A stretch of 64,000 nt of DNA from assembly GCA_023266935.1 (NCBI GenBank), contig JAHFOF010000002.1, positions 68,623 through 132,622 of the forward strand, written 5' to 3'. Under the pieces are notes generated by a model. It made no database searches. It was given only the letters and a program-made list of their open reading frames with translations, and was not told the origin of the DNA. This document shows positions 40,005 to 51,241 of the stretch, piece after piece; within the stretch, counting starts at the first letter, position 1; each line of letters opens with the position of its first letter. This DNA comes from a bacterium (GTDB lineage: Bacteria; Patescibacteriota; Minisyncoccia; Phycocordibacterales; Zambryskibacteraceae). The position numbers and the translations under genes were made by a program.

Positions 40005-40170
40005 AAAAAGTCCAGATTTATTCTGGTCTTTTTTATACCTTTGCCGAGCTGAAGAAATGTTTAAATGACATTTCGTTGGGTGCTGAGGGCGCAGGCCGAC
40101 GGGCCGAGCCGGGGTCGCGCAAATCCCGACCACGGGATTATGTGTGATCAGACCACCCATCATCCGCGCA
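40005..40170 (+). repeat. Structured repeat R, copy 1
   Basis: Differs from 40848-41012 by 3 substitutions and 1 indel; ends in a copy of the tRNA-Asp 3' end. Confidence 0.95.
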
Positions 40171-40244
40171 TCTGAAAAGACCCTTAGAAATACGGGTCTT
40201 TTTCTGTAGAGAAATGAGACGTTAGAAATGATACACTCAATTAT

Positions 40245-40814
40245 ATGGAAAAAGTACCAGGACAATATGAAACCGAAGGTTTTATACCATTTGAACAATC
40301 CCTTCAAATGGCTCGAAAACTCATGGAAGATCATGAAGACGAATTGATAAATATCCGCGCTGCACTTCCCGAAGAAGATCGAGAGGCAATTAGATTTAAT
40401 GGAAGTTCCATTGAACACCACTTGAATAAGTTTCCTAAAGAAACACTAAAAAGATTTTGGGGACATGGAATTTTCAGAGGCGACGCAGAAAAAAATCTTG
40501 CGGCGCTGATTAATGTTATCCAAAATAAAAGTATAAAAGGTTCTATTGCCACCCTTGTTGATAGTGGTTATTATGATGCCGCAAAGGATGGCGATTTTTT
40601 AGTTCTTTCACACGCAGACACCACGCTCGCTGTGTTGAATGAAAACGGCAAACCTATCTTTAATGAAATCGGTTTAGTTATTAACGCTGGAGCCTATGTG
40701 GTAAATGCGAAGCTTTATCCAATAATTGATGATTTGAAGGTTCTTTTTCCTGATGCAAATATTCTCATGGCAAATGAAGTTCCTGAGTATGTGAATAGTG
40801 AAACTGGAGTTTAG
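40245..40814 (+). CDS. Hypothetical protein (array gene 1)
   Basis: 189-aa ORF between R1 and end motif E1. Confidence 0.7.
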   Translation: MEKVPGQYETEGFIPFEQSLQMARKLMEDHEDELINIRAALPEEDREAIRFNGSSIEHHLNKFPKETLKRFWGHGIFRGDAEKNLAALINVIQNKSIKGSIATLVDSGYYDAAKDGDFLVLSHADTTLAVLNENGKPIFNEIGLVINAGAYVVNAKLYPIIDDLKVLFPDANILMANEVPEYVNSETGV

Positions 40815-40841
40815 TTCTCACTTCATACACTAGCCCGCGCT
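40813..40841 (+). repeat. End motif E, copy 1
   Basis: agttctcacttcatacactagcccgcgct. Confidence 0.85.
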
Positions 40842-40847
40842 AGGTTA

Positions 40848-41012
40848 AAAAAGTCCAGATTTATTCTGGTTTTTTTATACCTTTGCCGAGCTGAAGAAAT
40901 GTCTAAACGACATTTCGTTGGGTGCTGAGGGCGCAGGCCGACGGGCCGAGCCGGGGTCGCGCAAATCCCGACCACGGGATTATGTGTGATCAGACCACCC
41001 ATCAGCCGCGCA
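40848..41012 (+). repeat. Structured repeat R, copy 2
   Basis: Near-identical to copy 1; ends cacccatcagccgcgca. Confidence 0.95.
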
Positions 41013-41033
41013 AAACTTGGTATAATTCAAAGA

Positions 41034-41735
41034 ATGATACCTCTGAAGTTTGTTTATCTCGTCGGTCTTGTTCCCATAGGAATTGCATGGCTCGTTCTTT
41101 ATTTTCAGCGCAGTGATTTAAGAAAGGAAATGCTCTGGATGAGTTCTCTGATGGCATTCGGAAGCTTTGTCACTTCGTATTACTTTTGGACAAAAGATTG
41201 GTGGAGGCCGTTAACGATAACTGGTACTAGAGTTGGTATTGAGGATATTCTGCTCGGGTTTGCTATTGGTGGAATTGAGGCGGTTATATATGAGGTGGTA
41301 TTTAAAAAGAAATATTATAAAAGAAAACTTCATCCTCATAATTTTTTGTTGCCGCTTCTGCTCTTAATCCAGCTTATTACTTTTTTATTCTGGGGTGTAG
41401 GGCTAACATCTTTTTGGTCCTGTGTATTGTCCTTAATTTTGGTTTCTACGGGTGTATTTATTATAAGAAGAGATTTGTTAATGAACGGAATCTTATCTGG
41501 AATACTAACTATGTTAATTGCCATGTTAGATTACTACTTCATCATGCTCATTTCTCCCCAATGGATAGATCACACTTATCTTTCATCTTTAAGTGGCGTT
41601 AGAATAACGGGAATACCAATAGAAGAACTAATATTCTGGTTTTTGGCTGGATTGCTGTTTGGCCCTTTATATGAATACTGGCAGGGTAAAAGATTGGTTG
41701 GCATTAAGAAATCCAGTTCCAACTTCATACACTAG
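41034..41735 (+). CDS. Lycopene-cyclase-domain-like membrane protein (array gene 2)
   Basis: Two repeats VGIEDILLGF / GIPIEELIFWF; multi-TM. Confidence 0.7.
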   Translation: MIPLKFVYLVGLVPIGIAWLVLYFQRSDLRKEMLWMSSLMAFGSFVTSYYFWTKDWWRPLTITGTRVGIEDILLGFAIGGIEAVIYEVVFKKKYYKRKLHPHNFLLPLLLLIQLITFLFWGVGLTSFWSCVLSLILVSTGVFIIRRDLLMNGILSGILTMLIAMLDYYFIMLISPQWIDHTYLSSLSGVRITGIPIEELIFWFLAGLLFGPLYEYWQGKRLVGIKKSSSNFIH

Positions 41736-41743
41736 CCCGCGCT
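41715..41743 (+). repeat. End motif E, copy 2
   Basis: agttccaacttcatacactagcccgcgct; its TAG is the ORF stop. Confidence 0.85.
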
Positions 41744-41804
41744 TCCATAATTTAAAACAGAAAAGCCCCACGCAGGTAAGCTATGAGGCTTCTCTGCTTG
41801 GGGC

Positions 41805-42005
41805 TCAAACCGATCGACCAACTGATGCAACTTCGAGCTTCCAGGTGTGTTTCTTGTCTGGAACGAACATATGACTCACGTGTGCACCTCCAGCAAGAGC
41901 AACCGTCCGAACAAGCCAGCCACCAGGAACCTTCAAGCGATGCGAGAAGGACCTGGAATCCTGGAAGTTTTGGACATCGTCCATCACTTGAATCCTTTCC
42001 CACAT
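41805..42005 (-). CDS. Small hypothetical protein (array gene 3)
   Basis: AAGGAG RBS; promoter TTGACT-17-TATCAT at 42052-42080; RLKVPGGWLV. Confidence 0.65.
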   Translation of the reverse strand: MWERIQVMDDVQNFQDSRSFSHRLKVPGGWLVRTVALAGGAHVSHMFVPDKKHTWKLEVASVGRSV

Positions 42006-42105
42006 AGAGGCTCCTTTTGTCTGAAGTTGTAGTTGAGAACTGACTTTTTATATGATATCACACAATTATTATATAGTCAAGCGTATTGCTAAATCTTTAA
42101 CCTAA

Positions 42106-42157
42106 TTCCAACCTCATACACCCTCGGCCATAGTCTATAGACGAGGCTGACCCGCGC
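42106..42157 (+). repeat. End motif E, degenerate copy 3 with 26-bp hairpin insertion
   Basis: ttccaacctcataca[ccctcggccatagtctatagacgagg]ctgacccgcgc. Confidence 0.7.
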
Positions 42158-42158
42158 A

Positions 42159-42809
42159 TTAAATAACCTTAAACTCTTTAAACACTGCCTCGTATTGGGC
42201 GATGGTTCCTTTTGCCTCGCGGTCATTCAACTGAAAACTTGCACCATCATGAGCAATGCGATTTCTGATCTTATGAGCATCCCAAGCAGATTGGAGGGAA
42301 AGGAAATCACTTGGTTCAACCGACTGCAGTTTGTCCCCTATTGAACCTTCGTGGTGTCCTGATGCAGTGAGAAGTTCGTCGAGCATGATATCTGCTTCGA
42401 GTATCGCCTGTCTCCAATCTGATTCGTTCGTTGAATTAATAAGTCTTTGGATATTTTCCCACCTTAAATTCTTTACTTCCAATTCAGCTTCACCTGATAA
42501 TGTTTCTGGTTTGCCAAATGTGGTTTCTTCTGTCTTCTCAATCTCCTTTAATTTTTTAGAATTATAATAAATCCCTACAAGACAGAGAACCCCCACAACC
42601 ACCGACAAGATTTTTATAATCGGCCATAGGTAAGTCAAAAAATAATCCACCACCGCAGACCAAATCATAGAAAACGTGTCACCAGTATAAAAAGCTAGAA
42701 GTTGTTGGATACGAGAAATAACCAGCCAGATAAAAAACACCATGAGGACTAGAACCAAAACCTCTATCATTCTATCTGGGCCAACTGCTTTCTTTTTGTC
42801 TTTATCCAT
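42159..42809 (-). CDS. Conserved hypothetical membrane protein
   Basis: Two TMs; WRQAILEAD...AWDAHKIRNRIAH. Confidence 0.75.
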   Translation of the reverse strand: MDKDKKKAVGPDRMIEVLVLVLMVFFIWLVISRIQQLLAFYTGDTFSMIWSAVVDYFLTYLWPIIKILSVVVGVLCLVGIYYNSKKLKEIEKTEETTFGKPETLSGEAELEVKNLRWENIQRLINSTNESDWRQAILEADIMLDELLTASGHHEGSIGDKLQSVEPSDFLSLQSAWDAHKIRNRIAHDGASFQLNDREAKGTIAQYEAVFKEFKVI

Positions 42810-44199
42810 AAAATTCTTTGCTAGCTTTGAAAATATTATCCTCTCGACCAAGATCTCCTATTAATTCTATACCCAAAGGCAAATCGTTTTCCTTTCCGAA
42901 AGGGAGAGTAATACACGGACACCCCGTCACATTCGCAGGCACGGTAAAAATATCTTCAAGATACATATCAAGCGGAGACGACCTCTCTCCAAATTTAAAG
43001 GCACTAGACGGAGTAGTTGGGAGCAAAATCAAATCCACTTTTTTAAACGCTTCCCTAAATTCTTTTCTAATCAAACTCCGAACATTTTCAGCCGTCCCAT
43101 AATACGCATCATAGTATCCAGAAGAAAGCACATATGTGCCGAGAATAATTCTTCGACGAACCTCTTTACCAAATCCAACTCCGCGAGTTTTAAAATAATC
43201 ATCTATCCCATTTTCTCCTCCCACTCGAAGTCCATATTTCACTCCATCAAACCGGGCCATGTTTGAAGAAATTTCTGCTGGCACGATAACATAATAAACA
43301 GCCAATGAGTATTCTATAGTCGGAAATTCGAGGTCTATGACCTTGTATCCGAGAGATTCAAATCTTTTTATAGCTTCCTCCACATTCTTCTTTGTATTTT
43401 CACTGGCTTTGTTTATAAACATCCTCGGCACTCCGATGGTTTTATCAAAATTCTTTTGTTTGGGATAAATTTCTTCGGTGATGGTTGTGCTGTCTAGTGA
43501 ATCAGGGCCTCTTAAAACTTCATATATTAATTCAGCATCTTCAACAGTCTTAGAAAATGGACCAATCTGGTCAAATGAAGAAGTCATGGCCATAAGTCCC
43601 GAACGAGAAATTCGCCCATATGTGGGCTTGAACCCCACCAAACCACAGAATGAGGCAGGTTGTCTGATAGAACCCCCCGTATCTGAACCTAGGGCTCCGA
43701 GGACCATTCCTCCAGCCACAGCGGCTGCCGAACCACCAGAAGAACCCCCAGAAACACGAGTTTGATCCAGTGGATTTTTGGTAGGACCGAAGGCGCTGTT
43801 TTCTGTAGAAGAACCCATCGCAAATTCATCACAATTCGTTCTTCCAAAAATAATTGCTCCAGCTTCTTGAAGTTTATTCACTGCTGTAGAATTCGTCGGA
43901 GAAACAAAATTTTCAAGAATTTTTGAACTCGCGCTCGCATGTTCTCCGGCGACAGTGATGTTGTCTTTCAGGGCGATTGGGATACCGAGGAGAGGTAAAT
44001 CAATTCCCTCTTTGATTTTCTTGTCTGCTTCATCTGCTTGATCCAAAACATTTTTAAAAATTTCTAGGAAGGCATGAATGTTTCCATCCTTATCCTTAAC
44101 TGCATCAATACAAGCTTGAGTTAATTCTCTAGATGAAAACTTTTTGGCTTTCAGAGCTTCTCTGGCCGACTGAATAGTAAGTGTTGAAAGGTCAATCAT
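42802..44199 (-). CDS. gatA: Glu/Asp-tRNA amidotransferase subunit A
   Basis: Amidase signature GGSSGGS, GSDTGGSIRQPA. Confidence 0.96.
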   Translation of the reverse strand: MIDLSTLTIQSAREALKAKKFSSRELTQACIDAVKDKDGNIHAFLEIFKNVLDQADEADKKIKEGIDLPLLGIPIALKDNITVAGEHASASSKILENFVSPTNSTAVNKLQEAGAIIFGRTNCDEFAMGSSTENSAFGPTKNPLDQTRVSGGSSGGSAAAVAGGMVLGALGSDTGGSIRQPASFCGLVGFKPTYGRISRSGLMAMTSSFDQIGPFSKTVEDAELIYEVLRGPDSLDSTTITEEIYPKQKNFDKTIGVPRMFINKASENTKKNVEEAIKRFESLGYKVIDLEFPTIEYSLAVYYVIVPAEISSNMARFDGVKYGLRVGGENGIDDYFKTRGVGFGKEVRRRIILGTYVLSSGYYDAYYGTAENVRSLIRKEFREAFKKVDLILLPTTPSSAFKFGERSSPLDMYLEDIFTVPANVTGCPCITLPFGKENDLPLGIELIGDLGREDNIFKASKEFYG

Positions 44200-44486
44200 A
44201 GAATTTTCTTCACTTTTATATAATCACCTTCTCGAGCTGGAGCATTTTCCAAAATTTTTTCTGTATGAATACCAGAATCATGAGCGTTTTCATCTGCACG
44301 CAAAACGTTTTTTAAAGCATAATCTTCTGAATTTTTATCTTTCAGACTTTCTAACTTTGAGACTTGTTTAATTTCCCCAACATAGCCTAAAATGGCTTCG
44401 AATTCGGTCGAAAGTTCCTCCGCTTCTGCATCAGAGATTTCTATGCGCGCCAGCTTGGCCAATTTAAGCACTTCTGCCTTATTCAT
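44196..44486 (-). CDS. gatC: Glu/Asp-tRNA amidotransferase subunit C
   Basis: KLAKLARI, LRAD, NAP; upstream of gatA. Confidence 0.9.
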   Translation of the reverse strand: MNKAEVLKLAKLARIEISDAEAEELSTEFEAILGYVGEIKQVSKLESLKDKNSEDYALKNVLRADENAHDSGIHTEKILENAPAREGDYIKVKKIL

Positions 44487-44490
44487 ATGG

Positions 44491-46984
<2,494 letters not shown>

Positions 46985-46985
46985 T

Positions 46986-47510
46986 TTAGTGCCAATTTAA
47001 AATATTCTCTCTAATCTGAAATTGTCTAGACAAAAGGCCTTGACTCCAACTCATTCTAACCGTAACTGAAATTTCATTGGCATTTATTTGCTCGAGTTGG
47101 ATTTCTCTTCTGAACGGTGTGTTGGCCCACGAGGCTGTATATCCATAAAAACCCGTCCCACTATCCTCTTTCAAGATCGCACAACTTCCGAAGTCTCCTG
47201 AACAAGCGAGGACCTGATTATTAACTGCATCAATAGTACAAGTTTTACCAAAATAGCATGGGTCATTGGAAGTAGAAGCAAATCCGGTCAACCAATTTTG
47301 CTTTTTTAGACCGTTTTCATCTCGCATATTTCTGATTTGTTCTACTCCTTCACCGGCCAAATAGAAAGCGATAATCTGATCCCTAGAAAGAGTAGACAGA
47401 GAAATACCACTTTGAGCTGCACTGAAAGCAGCCGTAATGATAGTAATAAGAATAGTAATAGCTACTAAAGTTTCAATTAAAGTAAAGCCGTTGTGCAGGG
47501 ATTTTTTCAT
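46986..47510 (-). CDS. Minor pilin (PilV-like)
   Basis: GFTLIETLV N-methylation motif. Confidence 0.85.
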   Translation of the reverse strand: MKKSLHNGFTLIETLVAITILITIITAAFSAAQSGISLSTLSRDQIIAFYLAGEGVEQIRNMRDENGLKKQNWLTGFASTSNDPCYFGKTCTIDAVNNQVLACSGDFGSCAILKEDSGTGFYGYTASWANTPFRREIQLEQINANEISVTVRMSWSQGLLSRQFQIRENILNWH

Positions 47511-47511
47511 A

Positions 47512-48096
47512 CTAGTTGTCTATTAATCTTTGGGAGGCCATGGATTCCAAGGTAAAACTCGTTCGGGTATTAGATTTGGTTCCAGCATCTCCACTAATCT
47601 TGATCAAAGCCTTCGGTTGTAGTGTGTCAGCTGGATAAGAATTCGCCCCGATAACATAAAATGTGAGGCTACTGATATTTATTTCTGGTGCAGTGACTGC
47701 CACATAAGTATTTCCTCCGTCCACTGATTTTTCCATAGATGAACCGTTTAATCTATATACAGTTTGCACTCCTTCACTCGACAGGAAACTAATGAAAGAA
47801 TCTCCAAGTGAACAATTTTGAGGAAGAGACAAAGAACCAGTAGAACCACAATGGTAGTTTCTACCAAAACGAATTTCTCTGGTCATCGTTTCCACAGCAA
47901 AGTTTAGATTATCCATCACAGTCTTCGCTGATTCGGCTTTTTTATTCGCATCAAAGATTCCCAGAAGCGCGCCCATACTAATCATCATCACCACCATAAA
48001 AACCGTGAGGGAAGTCATCATTTCAATAAGAGTAAATCCCTGCCTGCCGGCAGGCAGGCTTTTTTCATTCTTTGGTTTTAAAAATTTTATTTTCAT
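47512..48096 (-). CDS. Minor pilin with LPAGRQ insertion in leader peptide
   Basis: SLPAGRQ-GFTLIEMM. Confidence 0.85.
   Translation of the reverse strand: MKIKFLKPKNEKSLPAGRQGFTLIEMMTSLTVFMVVMMISMGALLGIFDANKKAESAKTVMDNLNFAVETMTREIRFGRNYHCGSTGSLSLPQNCSLGDSFISFLSSEGVQTVYRLNGSSMEKSVDGGNTYVAVTAPEINISSLTFYVIGANSYPADTLQPKALIKISGDAGTKSNTRTSFTLESMASQRLIDN
48039..48058. repeat. 20-bp perfect palindrome (LPAGRQ element)
   Basis: cctgcctgccggcaggcagg. Confidence 0.9.
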
Positions 48097-48737
48097 TTAA
48101 CTGATATTTGTCCAGTGGTATAAACCGTCACCGAATGCGTAGCCGCTACGGATAAAAGATCTATCTCTGCTCCCAATACACCAAACGCATTAATGATACC
48201 CCCACCAGCATTAAAAAAAACCATCGTAGCTGAAGTGCTCGGACGAAGAAAGGTAATATCAACACGCTTTACCGTACAATCTTTAGTACCGTTGCTATAC
48301 AAAAGACAAAGTTGATTAATGGTATTCCCGTATGAAGTATTTATTTTCTCTAAACATTCAGAAGAACCTCCAACTGGACAATCCCAAGTCCCATCATAAT
48401 ATCCATTCTTTGAAACTCCTCGATCAGCGAAGAAAAGATAAGAACTATTTGAACCTGTCTCAGAAATATTAAAATCAACCCCATAAGCACTAGTGAAATC
48501 TCCTGAACCCGTTTGCAATTCCTTCACACTCACCCCATATATCTGAGCTTGGCGAATAGAAAGGCTGATGTCGTTAGCCAAATTAGCAATGGAAATACTT
48601 TCTGAATAAGAAGACTGATTAAATAAAACAATAGAAGTAATTACCAGCATAATACCAATAGACATCATCAATTCAATAAGAGTAAAGCCCGTTCGACGGA
48701 GAATCAAAGACTTTTTATTTAAATAAAGAGAGGACAT
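48093..48737 (-). CDS. Minor pilin (FimT/GspH-like)
   Basis: GFTLIELMM. Confidence 0.85.
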   Translation of the reverse strand: MSSLYLNKKSLILRRTGFTLIELMMSIGIMLVITSIVLFNQSSYSESISIANLANDISLSIRQAQIYGVSVKELQTGSGDFTSAYGVDFNISETGSNSSYLFFADRGVSKNGYYDGTWDCPVGGSSECLEKINTSYGNTINQLCLLYSNGTKDCTVKRVDITFLRPSTSATMVFFNAGGGIINAFGVLGAEIDLLSVAATHSVTVYTTGQISVK

Positions 48738-49464
48738 GAAATAAATCGAGATTTAAAATGAGACTTAGCCATGCGCCCACAATTAAAAACGGTGCAAACG
48801 GTATCTCGCTCTTCATTGTAAGCTTTTTTACCCCTTTGAACAAAGGACTAAACGCCCAGACAATAAACATATAACCCAAACTAACTACACTTCCAATCAC
48901 GAATGCCAACACTAGGGTTGAGAAAGCATTCGGAGCTCCTAAAAGCACTCCGATGGATAACGCGAGCTTCGCATCACCCAGCCCCATGGCTCGACCTCTA
49001 GAAATTAACCAGATTAAACCGAAAAAACCAAACAAGATGGGCCCAGCAAGCCAATCAAGTGTCGTAGAATTTCCAAGCGAGAATCTATAAATCAAAGCGA
49101 TAATCAAAGCTGAATAAGACAAGGCATCAGGGATAACTTTGTGTCGAGCGTCATAAATGGTGATGACCACATAAATACAAAAAACAATTAAAGCGAGATA
49201 ACTGGAGATAGAAATAAAAAGAAATGCGGTCCACAATTCAACCAGTGGATACTGCCAAGAAATTTTGGTTTTGCATCCACTACATTTGCCATTCAAACCA
49301 ATAAAACTAATCACGGGGATTAATTCCCACCAACGAAGTTGTTTATGGCAAGCAACACAAAAAGACCTGCCCCCAATAGTCACGCCCGAATTCCATCTAA
49401 GACCTAGCACATTAAGAAAACTCCCAACGATAAGTCCGAAAACAAAGAGAAATAATATAATCAC
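48715..49464 (-). CDS. pilD: Prepilin peptidase
   Basis: GSFLNV, two CxxC, GLGDAKL, IPFAPFL. Confidence 0.93.
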   Translation of the reverse strand: MIILFLFVFGLIVGSFLNVLGLRWNSGVTIGGRSFCVACHKQLRWWELIPVISFIGLNGKCSGCKTKISWQYPLVELWTAFLFISISSYLALIVFCIYVVITIYDARHKVIPDALSYSALIIALIYRFSLGNSTTLDWLAGPILFGFFGLIWLISRGRAMGLGDAKLALSIGVLLGAPNAFSTLVLAFVIGSVVSLGYMFIVWAFSPLFKGVKKLTMKSEIPFAPFLIVGAWLSLILNLDLFHVLSLFK

Positions 49465-49478
49465 GAATTAATTATAGC

Positions 49479-49505
49479 AAAAAAGCCCCGATTCGGGGCT
49501 TTTTT
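49479..49505 (-). terminator. Terminator after major pilin
   Basis: aaaaaagccccga-t-tcggggctttttt. Confidence 0.75.
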
Positions 49506-49521
49506 GAAAACCAAATTGATT

Positions 49522-49956
49522 TTAGTTTTGAAGACAAGGAGTCGCATCCGATGCAGGAGCATCAGCTACTTTTCTTGAGGCACCAAGAGAGTCAACACAC
49601 CAATGTCCTCCTTCAAATGGAAGGTTTCCAGACATCTTGAACGCAGTCGCTGTTGAATGACAAACGAGAGTTACTCCCGTTGGATAGTTAGTAGCCAAAG
49701 TGTACTGGTACATACCAGAAGTGACATCTGCAAACATACCTGTTGCACAGTCATTAGCTACACTGTAGCCACCATTGTTCCCATAATAAATTTCAGCTGA
49801 TCCACGAGCTGAAGAAAGTTGAGCCTTAACCTTTGAGTCATTTCCCTTACCACGAGCAGAGTTAAGCGATGCAAGAACCACTGACGAAAGAACTCCGATA
49901 ATAGCGATAACCACAAGGAGTTCGATGAGGGTAAAACCTTTTTTGTTTGATAACAT
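49522..49956 (-). CDS. Type IV major pilin
   Basis: KGFTLIELLVVIAIIGVL; own terminator. Confidence 0.9.
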   Translation of the reverse strand: MLSNKKGFTLIELLVVIAIIGVLSSVVLASLNSARGKGNDSKVKAQLSSARGSAEIYYGNNGGYSVANDCATGMFADVTSGMYQYTLATNYPTGVTLVCHSTATAFKMSGNLPFEGGHWCVDSLGASRKVADAPASDATPCLQN

Positions 49957-50032
49957 GATTATTTTAATTTTTACTTAACTCGTAAATTATATACCCAAAC
50001 TGCCTATAGACCCTAATATCTGTGGATAACAG

Positions 50033-51235
50033 CTAAGCTGCGTTGGCGATGTTGTAGATAGGGATAAGCACCGAAGCGAGGAGTGTACCAACCCCAAGCC
50101 CCAAAAGGACAATCATCACAGGTTCGATCAAACCGACGAGGGTATCAACAGCATTTATAACTTCTCGTTCATAAAAGTGGGCCATGGTTTTCAAAATACT
50201 ACCAAGCTCCCCCGTTTCTTCTCCCACTCTAATCATTTGAACCAACAATCCTGGAATTTCTGGATATTCGGCGAGAGATTGAGAAAATGAGCTTCCGCTT
50301 TTAACTGCCACCACACTGTTATCCAGTATTTCTTTGTAAACATCGTTACCGACCACCGAAGCGGTCACTTCAATCGCCCGAACCATAGGGATACCAGAGA
50401 GAACCATCGTGTTCATATTGCCAGAAATAATAGAGAGATAAAGTTTTCTATAAAGATCTCCGATATAAGGGATACTCAATTTTAATCGAGCAAAGGCTTT
50501 CTTGCCCTCTGGGGTTCGCAGGAAACGAACCATAAAGAAAACAACCACTACCAAACCGATCAAAATAAATATCCCATAATTTACAAAAAGATTTGAGATG
50601 GCAAAAACTATGGCCGTATAAAACGGCACCGGTTGACCAGAGTCAAGAAGAATAATACTAATTTTAGGAATGATTACCGTAAACATCAATATCATCACCG
50701 CAAAAAACACTCCGATAACGAAAGAAGGATAAATAAGGGCATTCTTGGCTTTGGAAACAACTTCATAAGTACGATCAAGGTGATCCGCGAGGTAAGCAAA
50801 GGTTTCATTTAATTTTCCTGTTTCTTCACCGGCTTTGACCATGTTCACATAAAAATCAGAGAAAATATCTGGATGTTTGGCCAGAGCTTTTGAGATCGAA
50901 CTTCCTGCTTGTAAATCATCAGCTACTTCTGTGAGGGCTCGACGAAGAAATTGGTTTTCTATTTCACTCGAAAGGAGTGAAAAAATTTTCAACGCCGAAA
51001 CCTGAGCATTGAAAAGAGTGGACATCTGCCTCGAGAGGACGACGATATCTTTGTTCGAAACTTTCGCACCAATAGAAAAATTAGTCATCCATGATTCCTT
51101 CTCGGCCGGATCTATTTCGGTAATAATCAGTCCGCGTTTTTGGAGCGAATCAACAGCCACCTCCATGGAGACAGCTTCGATGGTGCCCTCTTTCTTGGCA
51201 CCATTGTTTTCTAGGGCTTTGTATATATAAAGCAT
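50033..51235 (-). CDS. pilC: Type IV pilus platform protein
   Basis: Two T2SS-F repeats, GEETG, LIEP. Confidence 0.92.
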   Translation of the reverse strand: MLYIYKALENNGAKKEGTIEAVSMEVAVDSLQKRGLIITEIDPAEKESWMTNFSIGAKVSNKDIVVLSRQMSTLFNAQVSALKIFSLLSSEIENQFLRRALTEVADDLQAGSSISKALAKHPDIFSDFYVNMVKAGEETGKLNETFAYLADHLDRTYEVVSKAKNALIYPSFVIGVFFAVMILMFTVIIPKISIILLDSGQPVPFYTAIVFAISNLFVNYGIFILIGLVVVVFFMVRFLRTPEGKKAFARLKLSIPYIGDLYRKLYLSIISGNMNTMVLSGIPMVRAIEVTASVVGNDVYKEILDNSVVAVKSGSSFSQSLAEYPEIPGLLVQMIRVGEETGELGSILKTMAHFYEREVINAVDTLVGLIEPVMIVLLGLGVGTLLASVLIPIYNIANAA

Positions 51236-51241
51236 AAAATA

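Noticed and set aside
40005-41743. CRISPR array
   Set aside because: Repeats are too long or too few, the spacers are whole genes, and there are no cas genes.
50021-50029. Perfect DnaA box (tgtggataa) suggesting oriC
   Set aside because: It is an isolated box with no cluster and no dnaA nearby; at most regulatory.
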